Sequence record: NC_023719.1
DNA: 64,000 nt
Direction: 5' to 3' (one strand)
Part shown: piece after piece, positions 1 to 8,349 of the stretch
Layout: the number at the start of each line of letters is the position of its first letter
How positions within the stretch are numbered: the first letter of the stretch is position 1
The notes under the pieces: generated by a model
What the model was told of the DNA's origin: nothing
Seen by the model: the letters and a program-made list of their open reading frames with translations, nothing else
The model's database searches: none
Program-made: the position numbers and the translations under genes

Positions 1-1
1 T

Positions 2-169
2 ATTTACTATACAAAAGTTAAATCCGGTAAGTTTTTATTTCCATGTAAGAAGAAAATATTAGTTAGACTTACTGTCGAAGAAGAATTATTTGTTTTAGAA
101 TGTATGACAAAAAATTTGGATTTACAAAAACTAACTATGGGATACGAATATGAAATAGAATATAAATGA
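2..169 (+). CDS. 5'-truncated member of the tandem ~95-aa paralogue family
   Basis: Manual translation IYYTKVKSGK...EEELFVLECMTKNLDLQKLTMGYEYEIEYK* matches the family C-terminal signature; not in the ORF track. Confidence 0.8.
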   Translation: MYYTKVKSGKFLFPCKKKILVRLTVEEELFVLECMTKNLDLQKLTMGYEYEIEYK

Positions 170-178
170 GGTTAAATT

Positions 179-457
179 ATGGTAAATAGGGGTGCGTACG
201 AAAAACTAGCTGATGTACAAATAAAAGGCGGCATCATTAAAGATCTTGTAAAACAAGATATAGAGTCAATATCAGATATAGAGATTTATCATAAGAAAGT
301 TAAAACTGGTAAACGCTATTTCTCTCGTAAAAAAGACGTAAGAGTTATTAAATTTATTATACGTAGTGAAGAGTTATTTGTTATTGAATGTATGACTAAG
401 AACTTAGATTTACAAGAATTAGCAGGCGGAAATGAGTATGAAATAGAATATAAGTGA
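179..457 (+). CDS. Hypothetical protein, tandem paralogue family
   Basis: GAGG RBS; shares KVKTGK, EELFVIECMTKNLD and EYEIEY motifs with neighbours. Confidence 0.85.
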   Translation: MVNRGAYEKLADVQIKGGIIKDLVKQDIESISDIEIYHKKVKTGKRYFSRKKDVRVIKFIIRSEELFVIECMTKNLDLQELAGGNEYEIEYK

Positions 458-466
458 GGGGAAATA

Positions 467-751
467 ATGTCTCAAAGTACAACATTCGATGTATTGCATA
501 ACGCAGCGATTGAAGCCTTTATTAAAAAGAAAGTTGAAGAAAGAGATTTAAAATCTATATTAGAAGTGGAAGTTCGTTTTAAATCAGTTAAAACTGGTAA
601 AAAAGTTTTCTTTTTCTTTTCAAAAAAGAAACAAATAGGTATTGTGAGATTTAAGGTTAATGAAGAGTTGTCTATTATAGAACACATGACAAAAGGATTA
701 GATTTTAAAGAATTAGCGGGTAAAAGAGAATATGAAATAATATACGTTTAA
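467..751 (+). CDS. Hypothetical protein, tandem paralogue family
   Basis: GAGGGG RBS; SILEVEV, VKTGK and EELSIIEHMTKGLDFKELAGKREYEIIYV motifs. Confidence 0.85.
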   Translation: MSQSTTFDVLHNAAIEAFIKKKVEERDLKSILEVEVRFKSVKTGKKVFFFFSKKKQIGIVRFKVNEELSIIEHMTKGLDFKELAGKREYEIIYV

Positions 752-775
752 GAAACAAGCGAGAGGAGAAGAACT

Positions 776-1075
776 ATGACTAAAGGCGAAATGTCTAATA
801 GAGATAAAGTTACTATTTTAAGAAATGCAGCTATTAAATCTTCCGTTAGAAAAAATATTGAACAAAGAGATTTAGAATCCATATTGGAAGTAGAAGTTTG
901 TTTCCAAATAGTTAAAACTGGTGAATACGTTTCACTAGTTGAAAATAGAGATGAAGCAGTAACTATTGTGAGATTTAAAGTCGATGAAGAATTATCTCTC
1001 ATAGAGCATATGATAAAGGGATTAGACTTTAAAGAATTAGCGGGTAAAAGAGAATATGAAATAATATATGTTTAA
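776..1075 (+). CDS. Hypothetical protein, tandem paralogue family
   Basis: AGGAG RBS; C-terminal half nearly identical to 467..751. Confidence 0.85.
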   Translation: MTKGEMSNRDKVTILRNAAIKSSVRKNIEQRDLESILEVEVCFQIVKTGEYVSLVENRDEAVTIVRFKVDEELSLIEHMIKGLDFKELAGKREYEIIYV

Positions 1076-1085
1076 GGAGCTTTTT

Positions 1086-1367
1086 ATGTCTGATAAAAAT
1101 GATTTCCATAGATTATTTAACAGTTTAGATATACAAAGAATTATGGATACAATTTCAGAGAAAAAATTCAAATCAATATTAGAAGTAGATATTAATTACA
1201 AGAAAATCCCAACGGGTAAAAAATTTCTTTTTTTCCAACGTAAAGAGATGATTTTTATTTTCAAATTTAAAGTTAATGAAGAGCTTTCAATTATTGAGCA
1301 TATGACAAAAGGCTTGAATTTCCAAGAATTAACAAAAGGTTGTAAGTATGAAATAGAATATGTATGA
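1086..1367 (+). CDS. Hypothetical protein, tandem paralogue family
   Basis: Start moved to ATG 1086 behind AAGGAG; SILEVDI, PTGK, EELSIIEHMTKGLNF, YEIEYV motifs. Confidence 0.8.
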   Translation: MSDKNDFHRLFNSLDIQRIMDTISEKKFKSILEVDINYKKIPTGKKFLFFQRKEMIFIFKFKVNEELSIIEHMTKGLNFQELTKGCKYEIEYV

Positions 1368-1377
1368 GGTGTTTAAA

Positions 1378-1668
1378 TTGCCTAACGATAAAGAGATAGA
1401 TGAATTCTATTTTAGTGCTATTCATTTTTTGATGGAACATTCAGTTAGAGAAGGTCCATTTAAAAGTATTGAAAAGGTAGAAGTAATAAGTAAAGAATTT
1501 AAATATACAAGGTTTTGTTTCACTCTCAAGAAATCTGTAACAGTTGTTAAGTTTGTTGTAAATGAAAGTATACTTGTTGCTGAAACTTTAATGAATAATT
1601 TAAATATTGAGAATTTCTTGAATTCTATATGTGGAAAGGAATACAAATGGGAAATTGAGTATATTTAA
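1378..1668 (+). CDS. Hypothetical protein, divergent member of the tandem paralogue family
   Basis: TTG start behind GAGGTG; SIEKVEV, VNESILVAETLMNNLN, WEIEYI align with the family. Confidence 0.7.
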   Translation: MPNDKEIDEFYFSAIHFLMEHSVREGPFKSIEKVEVISKEFKYTRFCFTLKKSVTVVKFVVNESILVAETLMNNLNIENFLNSICGKEYKWEIEYI

Positions 1669-1684
1669 TAAGAGGTGAATTGTT

Positions 1685-2227
1685 ATGGACCTTTATGAAG
1701 CTGGTAATATAAAGAGTCTTGAAAACCGGATAAAAGACACAATTTGGGTAGATAGTCAATCTTCTATTCAATATTTAATAAAAAAGAAGTATTTCCGTAA
1801 AAAAGTGATAAAAGATAAAGGTACTAAAAATGAATATGTTAGTTATTTCTTTTTTAGGTATAAAGAAGATAAGATGTTATTTATGAAAGAATATTACAAA
1901 AAATTATCAAAGACAGATGGTATAAGAGAAATACATGATAAAATTGGTTTATTATTTGGTTACCCGCCAAAGGCTGTGCAAAAATTTCACTCTAGAGATT
2001 ATACTTCCAACATTTATTTTAATTTTTGTGGTATGGTTTTCTCTTCTTACCCTGAGACAATTATAGAAGACGTGAAATGGCTTCTATTAAATAAACCTTT
2101 GATAGAAGGAGAAGTTATTGAAATAGAAAAAGGGGTTATCACTCTTAAAAGAGAATCAGTTACAATTGGAGATTATGATTGGGAAAGAAAGTTGCAAAAT
2201 TTAGTTTTAAAGTATAGTTCTAATTAG
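1685..2227 (+). CDS. Hypothetical protein
   Basis: 180-aa ORF, GAGGTG RBS, packed in operon; no family recognised. Confidence 0.7.
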   Translation: MDLYEAGNIKSLENRIKDTIWVDSQSSIQYLIKKKYFRKKVIKDKGTKNEYVSYFFFRYKEDKMLFMKEYYKKLSKTDGIREIHDKIGLLFGYPPKAVQKFHSRDYTSNIYFNFCGMVFSSYPETIIEDVKWLLLNKPLIEGEVIEIEKGVITLKRESVTIGDYDWERKLQNLVLKYSSN

Positions 2228-2242
2228 AAAGGAGAGTTATTT

Positions 2243-2851
2243 GTGGATTGGGGAGAAACAAAACTTAAAAGCATAAAAGAAGAGATATTGTATGTGTTTC
2301 CGTTTGGTTCAAAAGTTTATGGAAATGTTACAAAAAATTCTGATACAGATTTGATTGTAGTTGTTAAGGGCAACGAAGAATTGAAATATCAAATATGCGA
2401 TGATGACGGTGATATTCACGTGTATAGTAGAAAAACGTTTGAGGGATTAATAGATAGACATGATATCTCTGCATTAGAGTGTATTTTTTCTAACGATACA
2501 GATTTTGATTTTGTGTTAGATTTTGAGAAATTAAGAAGATCGATTTCTGCAGTTGCGTCTAATAGTTTTGTAAAGTGTAAGAAAAAATTAACTTCAGGCT
2601 CAGATTATAACCCGTACATAGCAAAGAAAAGTATGTTTCATTCAATAAGAATACTTGAATTTGGAATTCAAATTGCTAAGTATGGTAAAATTACAGATTT
2701 TGGTTGCGCCAATCACTATTATGAAATGCTGTTGGAGATGGATGATTGGGGAACTATTAAAAATTATTTTCAACCAATTGCAAATAAATTGAAATCTGAG
2801 TTTAAAAAATTAGCACCTTTAGATAAAGATATATATAACAAAAAATGGTAG
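2243..2851 (+). CDS. Pol-beta superfamily nucleotidyltransferase
   Basis: FPFGSKVYG-x(6)-SDTDLIVVV (hGS...DxD) signature and a later DIHVY strand. Confidence 0.8.
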   Translation: MDWGETKLKSIKEEILYVFPFGSKVYGNVTKNSDTDLIVVVKGNEELKYQICDDDGDIHVYSRKTFEGLIDRHDISALECIFSNDTDFDFVLDFEKLRRSISAVASNSFVKCKKKLTSGSDYNPYIAKKSMFHSIRILEFGIQIAKYGKITDFGCANHYYEMLLEMDDWGTIKNYFQPIANKLKSEFKKLAPLDKDIYNKKW

Positions 2852-2867
2852 AAAAGAGTGTGAACAT

Positions 2868-3239
2868 ATGGGTTATTTAAGTTTTTCTGACGCAAAAGAT
2901 GAAAGAAAGAAACTAGTGAATGGTTGGACTTATATTGAAAAAGCGCTTCCTGGATCTAAAGATGTATTACAACAAATATGTGCTATGTTAACTTTAGCCC
3001 ATTCTCCAACTTCTGTTCGTCAAAATAAAAAGAGTGAAAAGAAGAAAAATCTCGTAGTATATAAGTATCATATTGTTTTTGAAAATGGTAAGAAATTCGC
3101 TACTATTTATATTGATATAAATAATAAAGATAATTATAAAGTTAGATTGTTTTATAAAGATAAGAAACCACATGAAGCAAAAGTTGTTGGATTCTCTACT
3201 TTAGATGAATTACAAGAACATATCGCTGATTTCTTATAA
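2868..3239 (+). CDS. Hypothetical protein
   Basis: 123-aa ORF in operon. Confidence 0.65.
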   Translation: MGYLSFSDAKDERKKLVNGWTYIEKALPGSKDVLQQICAMLTLAHSPTSVRQNKKSEKKKNLVVYKYHIVFENGKKFATIYIDINNKDNYKVRLFYKDKKPHEAKVVGFSTLDELQEHIADFL

Positions 3240-3250
3240 GGAGAATATAA

Positions 3251-3640
3251 ATGAAAAAAAGATTGAAAAGAAAATCTAATAGTATATTAAATGTCAATGA
3301 TATATGCGTTAATTACGATTATGTACATGGTGCGTTAGAAAATATTACTTTTGGTCGCATTAGTCAATCAGAAGGACAACCTTTAGAAATATGGAAAGCA
3401 GAGGATGGTAACTTGGTTTTAATTAACGGTTACCATCGCTTTGTAGAAGGTATATTGAAGGGTTTAAATGAGTTTGATGTTATTTATGTTGAGTATGATG
3501 ATGAAAATAAAGAATATATTGATGAGTATAATCCTTCAGCATATGATTTCCTTAATAAGAATTCAAAATATAGAGGGTTAGAAGATTTCAAGAGTGAAGA
3601 AGAATTAGATGAACTCGCATCACTACTATTAGAAGGGTAG
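3251..3640 (+). CDS. ParB/sulfiredoxin-like domain protein with basic KRLKRKS leader
   Basis: QPLEIWKAEDGNLVLINGYHRFVEG resembles the ParB/Srx P-I-x-V...L-I-D-G-H-H-R motif. Confidence 0.6.
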   Translation: MKKRLKRKSNSILNVNDICVNYDYVHGALENITFGRISQSEGQPLEIWKAEDGNLVLINGYHRFVEGILKGLNEFDVIYVEYDDENKEYIDEYNPSAYDFLNKNSKYRGLEDFKSEEELDELASLLLEG

Positions 3641-3647
3641 GTAAATT

Positions 3648-3836
3648 ATGAAAAAGATTGAAACTTTACAAGATGTATCAGATTTTGTTGAAAAAGTAAA
3701 TAGTGTTTCAATAGATAACATAAATGATCTTTTTAAGCAATTAGAAATAAAGAAACAAAATGGTGAAAATGTAGATAAACAATTTGAAATGTTAGAAAAT
3801 TTTAAGAAAATGAAAACAATTTTTAACTCTAATTAG
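3648..3836 (+). CDS. Small hypothetical protein
   Basis: 62-aa ORF packed between neighbours. Confidence 0.55.
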   Translation: MKKIETLQDVSDFVEKVNSVSIDNINDLFKQLEIKKQNGENVDKQFEMLENFKKMKTIFNSN

Positions 3837-3849
3837 TAAGGAGATTTGC

Positions 3850-4137
3850 ATGGAAAAGATATATGAAGCTTTAAAAGGTGTAGTAGCTTCTGTTAAGTTG
3901 ATAAACCCTAATTTAAGTGATGAATTAGAGTTGGAATATAATGAAATTCAAGTTCGTTTTGCAAATAGCACTAATATGTTTTATTTTATAGAATTTGAAG
4001 ATGGGAAACTAAAGGTTTATGACTATGTGTTTTTAGATGGGCAAAAAAGAATTTACAATAATGTCGATTCTTTTATTAGTCATATAGAATTTAATTTTTC
4101 ACAATTAGTAAGTATAATTGAAAAAATATCAAAGTAA
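3850..4137 (+). CDS. Hypothetical protein
   Basis: AAGGAG RBS, 95 aa. Confidence 0.65.
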   Translation: MEKIYEALKGVVASVKLINPNLSDELELEYNEIQVRFANSTNMFYFIEFEDGKLKVYDYVFLDGQKRIYNNVDSFISHIEFNFSQLVSIIEKISK

Positions 4138-4153
4138 AGAAAGAGGTATTAAA

Positions 4154-4984
4154 ATGTCTAGAGATCAATTAGCTAAAATAGCAAAAGAAACAATTGAAAT
4201 CGTAAAAAAAGGCAGTTATGTAAATAAAAAGAAAAAGACAATATCAGTCAAAGATGATGTGGATTTTTCTGTAAAAAATACTAAGTTGTATTCACCAGAA
4301 GATGGAGATGAGTTACTTAAAAATTTAACTCAAAATGATATTTTACATCAAACAAAATTTGAATGTAAAAATGAAACAACTTTATTTGCTGCAAAGAGAC
4401 TATTAGATGAAGGTTTTAATAATGTAGTTGCTTTAAACTTTGCTTCAGCAAGAAATCCAGGTGGAGGTTTCTTAAAAGGGTCTTCAGCACAGGAAGAAAG
4501 TTTAGCAAGGTCTTCTGCATTGTATGATAGTATTTCTCAAATGAGAGAAATGTATGATTACAATTCTAAAAATAAGAGTGGATTATACTCTGACTATATG
4601 ATTTACTCGCCTTCAGTACCTGTATTTAGAGATAACACAGGGGAGTTACTAGAAAAAAGTTTTAATTGCTCCTTTGTTACTTCTCCGGCTGTTAATTTAA
4701 AAGTTTTACAACAGGAAGAAAAACAAAAGGCTAGAGTTGTCATGGAGCAACGAATCAGAAAGATACTTACTGTGGCACTAGAAAATAATTGTGATGCTAT
4801 TGTGCTTGGAGCGTTTGGTTGTGGTGTATTTGGAAATAGACCAGTAGATGTAGCTCAGATTTTTAGACAAGTTTTGAATAGTACACAGTTTAAGGGCAAA
4901 TTTAAAAAAGTATCATTTGCAGTTTACGACAAGACTCCTAATAAACAAATTTTTAATGTTTTTAAAAATACCTTTGGGAGATAA
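4154..4984 (+). CDS. Bacterial-type poly(ADP-ribose) glycohydrolase-like macrodomain (TIGR02452/DUF2263 family)
   Basis: LNFASARNPGGGFLKGSSAQEESLARSSAL (GGG-x6-8-QEE) and IVLGAFGCGVFGN motifs; start at ATG 4154 behind GAGG. Confidence 0.9.
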   Translation: MSRDQLAKIAKETIEIVKKGSYVNKKKKTISVKDDVDFSVKNTKLYSPEDGDELLKNLTQNDILHQTKFECKNETTLFAAKRLLDEGFNNVVALNFASARNPGGGFLKGSSAQEESLARSSALYDSISQMREMYDYNSKNKSGLYSDYMIYSPSVPVFRDNTGELLEKSFNCSFVTSPAVNLKVLQQEEKQKARVVMEQRIRKILTVALENNCDAIVLGAFGCGVFGNRPVDVAQIFRQVLNSTQFKGKFKKVSFAVYDKTPNKQIFNVFKNTFGR

Positions 4985-4991
4985 TTGATAT

Positions 4992-5222
4992 ATGGGTATT
5001 ACATTATATAAGATGAGGAAAATGATAGAAGATCATGAGTATGTTGAAGAAATGATAGATATGAGTGATTGGTATCTTGGTAAAGTATATTTACGCCTTA
5101 AATGTAATGATAAATACATTGCAGATATTTTAAGTGGTAACAATGAATTAGACGAATACATTAAACAAGTCAGTTTACTTGTGCCGTATAATTGTACTAT
5201 TGAATATGATATAGAAACATAA
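4992..5222 (+). CDS. Small hypothetical protein
   Basis: 76-aa ORF followed by a terminator. Confidence 0.55.
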   Translation: MGITLYKMRKMIEDHEYVEEMIDMSDWYLGKVYLRLKCNDKYIADILSGNNELDEYIKQVSLLVPYNCTIEYDIET

Positions 5223-5247
5223 GCAAACAAATTTTGTTTGCTTTTTT
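5221..5247 (+). terminator. Intrinsic terminator
   Basis: AAGCAAAC/GTTTGCTT stem followed by a T-run. Confidence 0.7.
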
Positions 5248-5275
5248 AATAAACATTTTTAAAGGGGATTTGGGG

Positions 5276-5680
5276 ATGTATAAGGCTACTGGTAAAATAG
5301 TATTTAATCCCGTAACAAGAGAAGGAGATATGCCAGATAAGTTATGGTGGGTGATGGTAGAATGCCCTCATGATATTATCGAATATTATAGGTATTGGGT
5401 AACTAAAAACAAAAACTTTAAAATAAGTTACCCACTATTTGGATCACATATATCTATCATTAGGAACGAAGAGCCACCTGATGAATTTAAACACTTGTGG
5501 GGTAAGAGAAATGGTATGGAAGTTGAGTTTACCTATACTCCAGACTTTGAAACAAACGGAAACTACTGGTGGTTAAAAGTGGATTGTCCACAATTAGATG
5601 ATATTAGAGAAGAGTTGGGTTTACCTAGAAAGCCTTTTTTTGATTATCATTTAAGTATAGGTAAACTCATAAGGGTATAA
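5276..5680 (+). CDS. 2H phosphoesterase superfamily protein
   Basis: Two HxS motifs, SHISII and YHLSIG, about 70 aa apart; start at ATG 5276. Confidence 0.7.
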   Translation: MYKATGKIVFNPVTREGDMPDKLWWVMVECPHDIIEYYRYWVTKNKNFKISYPLFGSHISIIRNEEPPDEFKHLWGKRNGMEVEFTYTPDFETNGNYWWLKVDCPQLDDIREELGLPRKPFFDYHLSIGKLIRV

Positions 5681-5731
5681 TTAACGCAATCAATATTCTT
5701 ATTAAGTTAAAAAGCAATGGAGGTGTAGTTA

Positions 5732-5935
5732 ATGAAAAAATTGATTAGTAAGTTTAAATCTTTTTTTGAGAGAGTTGGAGAACTTTTATTTAAAATTTTA
5801 GATCGTAGAGTATCTGTAGCTAAAGTAGCAAAAGCTGAAGATCTTGTAATTAGTAATGCTTCTTTAAAAAATATAAAAAGGGGAATGAGAAAAGTTTATA
5901 ATGAAGTGTATGGTGCCAGAGAAGATAAAAAATAA
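5732..5935 (+). CDS. Small basic hypothetical protein
   Basis: GGAGG RBS, 67 aa. Confidence 0.6.
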   Translation: MKKLISKFKSFFERVGELLFKILDRRVSVAKVAKAEDLVISNASLKNIKRGMRKVYNEVYGAREDKK

Positions 5936-5950
5936 AAAGAGGTGAAAGTT

Positions 5951-6238
5951 ATGCCAGGCGCTGTTAGATTAAATGATACGTGTAGTGGACATGACGATTT
6001 TGGTTCAAGACCTAATAATCAAGCGAGTACAGACGTGTTTGTGAATGGTAGAGGTGCTCATAGACAGGGAGATTCTTGGGCTGTACATTGTAACCCTGTT
6101 CCATCATGTCATGGCGGCAATGCTGCAAATGGAAGTCCTAATGTTTTTGTAAATGGAAAACCAATGTGTAGAATTGGTGATAGCGTGAATTGTGGTTCCA
6201 CAATGGTTAATGGTTCGAGTAATGTTTTTGTTAATTAA
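5951..6238 (+). CDS. PAAR-repeat spike-tip protein (T4 gp5.4-like)
   Basis: MPGAVRLND, VFVNGRGAHRQGD and VFVNGKPMCRIGD repeats with conserved His/Cys. Confidence 0.9.
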   Translation: MPGAVRLNDTCSGHDDFGSRPNNQASTDVFVNGRGAHRQGDSWAVHCNPVPSCHGGNAANGSPNVFVNGKPMCRIGDSVNCGSTMVNGSSNVFVN

Positions 6239-6266
6239 ACATTAATAGAGAAGAGGTTAGTAATAG

Positions 6267-6503
6267 ATGGGTATATTTGAAGAGATTTCTACATTTATTA
6301 AGATGGTTATTAAATCACCTATGAGAATAGTTTGTAAGAGAAAAAAAGATCATGATTGGTATAAACGTGGTGGTGGTTTTAACATTTTTGGAACTAAATA
6401 CCCTTATATTTGCAAAAAATGCGGTTGTAGAAGTAATGGTACCTTTGATGATTTAAAGAAGAAAGGGTTTAAAGGTAAAGCGAAAATTTATATTAAAAAA
6501 TAA
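6267..6503 (+). CDS. Small protein with possible zinc ribbon
   Basis: C-x5-H-D-W...YICKKCG pattern. Confidence 0.55.
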   Translation: MGIFEEISTFIKMVIKSPMRIVCKRKKDHDWYKRGGGFNIFGTKYPYICKKCGCRSNGTFDDLKKKGFKGKAKIYIKK

Positions 6504-6551
6504 TCTGTTAAATTAGATGACTATTTTACAGATAATATATTTATCAAATAA

Positions 6552-7056
6552 TTGAATTTCAATGCAGTTGACCACGTTTGCAAGGTGGGTAAACGTAATT
6601 TAGTAGGGCTATATCGGTATCGCTGCTGGATATAGGGAAAAATTACGTGGATAAGGACTAGTATCCTCGTGGAGTTCAGCGATAGAACAACTTCCCATGT
6701 TTGAAATTCAAAATGTCCCTAAGTTGCTAGGGGTTATTGAAAAGCAACCGGGTTAGAGAGGCTCATATAAGATACGGTATGAGTTGTAAGAGCTAAGAAG
6801 CCATTGTAAATTCTCTAATCAGGAGTGATGTTCACATGATAGGGCTTAGTGAACTAAATAAAATATGCTTAGTATCAATAAATTTAAGAGGTGAGAACAA
6901 TGTAGTACTTAACTGTGCTATTACCCCTATTTTCACAATTTTTAACGGGGGATTCCTTTTCAAGTTTGTTCTTAATAAACTTTGAGCCGATCGATGGTTA
7001 AAAGACGGAAAATTGTAAATAATTAAGCTGTCCTTCTGCGGAAGGACTAATTTTTT
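6552..7056 (+). ncRNA. Candidate large structured (ornate) non-coding RNA
   Basis: ~550-nt gap with no long ORF, visibly more G/C-rich than other intergenic gaps; many nested helices (6552-6562/6701-6711, 6593-6601/6640-6648, 6751-6760/6811-6820 and others), two loop pairings, ending in an intrinsic terminator. Confidence 0.75.
7030..7056 (+). terminator. Intrinsic terminator closing the candidate ncRNA
   Basis: GTCCTTC-TGCG-GAAGGAC followed by TAATTTTTT. Confidence 0.8.
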
Positions 7057-7084
7057 GTCAAAATTATGTTCTAGGAGTGTAGAT

Positions 7085-8068
7085 ATGAATAACGTATTTG
7101 ATTATGAAGATATTCAATTGGTACCAGCAAAGTGTATAGTTGAGAGCCGTTCCGAGTGTGATACATCTATTAGTTTAGGGAATCGAAAATTTAAATTACC
7201 AGTAGTTCCATCTAATATGCAAACGATTATTGATGAGAAAATAGCTGCTTATTTAGCAGAAAATGGCTATTTCTATGTAATGCATAGATTTGAACCCGAG
7301 ACTAGACTTGATTTTATTAAAGATATGCAAACTCGCAACTTATATGCTTCTATTAGTGTTGGTGTAAAAGAAGAAGAGTATCAATTTATTAATCAATTAG
7401 CTGATGAAAAACTTGTTCCAGAATATATCACTATTGATATAGCTCACGGACATTCTAATGCTGTTATTAAAATGATTCAACATATAAAGAAGATGTTACC
7501 AAATAGTTTTGTTATTGCTGGTAATGTTGGTACACCTGAAGCTGTTCGTGAACTTGAAAATGCAGGCGCAGATGCTACAAAAGTTGGTATTGGCCCAGGT
7601 AAAGTATGTATTACTAAAATCAAAACTGGTTTTGGTACTGGCGGCTGGCAGTTAGCTGCATTGCGTTGGTGTTCAAAAGTAGCTACTAAACCAATAATTG
7701 CTGATGGTGGTATTCGTACTAACGGTGATATTGCTAAATCTGTACGTTTTGGCGCTTCAATGGTTATGATTGGTTCGCTATTTGCGGGTCACGAGGAATC
7801 ACCAGGTGAGACGATAGAAAAAAATGGTAAATTATATAAAGAGTATTTTGGATCCGCTTCTGAATATCAAAAGGGTGAAAAGAAGAACGTTGAAGGAAAG
7901 AAGATACATGTAGAATGTAAAGGGAGTTTGAAAGATACGTTGATTGAAATGGAACAAGATCTTCAATCTTCAATTTCTTATGCTGGTGGTAAAGATTTAT
8001 TAGCAATTAGAAATGTAGATTATGTCGTTGTTAAGAACTCCATTTTCAATGGAGATAAAAGTTATTAG
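7085..8068 (+). CDS. guaC: GMP reductase
   Basis: [36 protein letters not shown] and [16 protein letters not shown] as in Bacillus-type GuaC; ATG 7085 behind AGGAG. Confidence 0.95.
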   Translation: MNNVFDYEDIQLVPAKCIVESRSECDTSISLGNRKFKLPVVPSNMQTIIDEKIAAYLAENGYFYVMHRFEPETRLDFIKDMQTRNLYASISVGVKEEEYQFINQLADEKLVPEYITIDIAHGHSNAVIKMIQHIKKMLPNSFVIAGNVGTPEAVRELENAGADATKVGIGPGKVCITKIKTGFGTGGWQLAALRWCSKVATKPIIADGGIRTNGDIAKSVRFGASMVMIGSLFAGHEESPGETIEKNGKLYKEYFGSASEYQKGEKKNVEGKKIHVECKGSLKDTLIEMEQDLQSSISYAGGKDLLAIRNVDYVVVKNSIFNGDKSY

Positions 8069-8079
8069 GAGGTTATTAA

Positions 8080-8334
8080 ATGCTTTCAGATACAAAACAA
8101 ATGTATAGTTTTATCAAGATGAGAGGTTTCAAACAATCAAAAGATGTACTAGGTACTTATTTTGATAAAGGTGATCACAAGCTAACAATTAATAAACAAG
8201 CTGGTTGGTTTATTTGTTATTATAATAGAAAATCTGGAATGTCATGGCAGTTAATAGCTAAAAGCCAAACTCTTGATAATTTCTCTTCAGCTTTAGGTTG
8301 GGTTGTTCAAGAAATACAGAAAAATCAACTATAA
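8080..8334 (+). CDS. Hypothetical protein
   Basis: GGAGG RBS, 84 aa. Confidence 0.65.
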   Translation: MLSDTKQMYSFIKMRGFKQSKDVLGTYFDKGDHKLTINKQAGWFICYYNRKSGMSWQLIAKSQTLDNFSSALGWVVQEIQKNQL

Positions 8335-8349
8335 GAAAGGCGGTTTAGA

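Noticed and set aside
2-1668. CRISPR array or diversity-generating retroelement as explanation of the repeats
   Set aside because: The repeats are coding paralogues with RBSs; there is no constant repeat/spacer periodicity, no reverse transcriptase and no adenine-specific TR/VR pattern
6552-7056. tmRNA, RNase P RNA, tRNA cluster or group I/II intron as identity of the structured region
   Set aside because: No tRNA-like GGGG/CCA ends or T-loop, no GAGGAAAGTCC RNase P motif, no clear group II domain V or group I P7 core, and no interrupted host gene
6900-7084. Purine riboswitch upstream of guaC
   Set aside because: No purine-aptamer core (e.g. the TTTCTACC junction) is visible; the structure is far larger than an aptamer and ends in a fixed terminator
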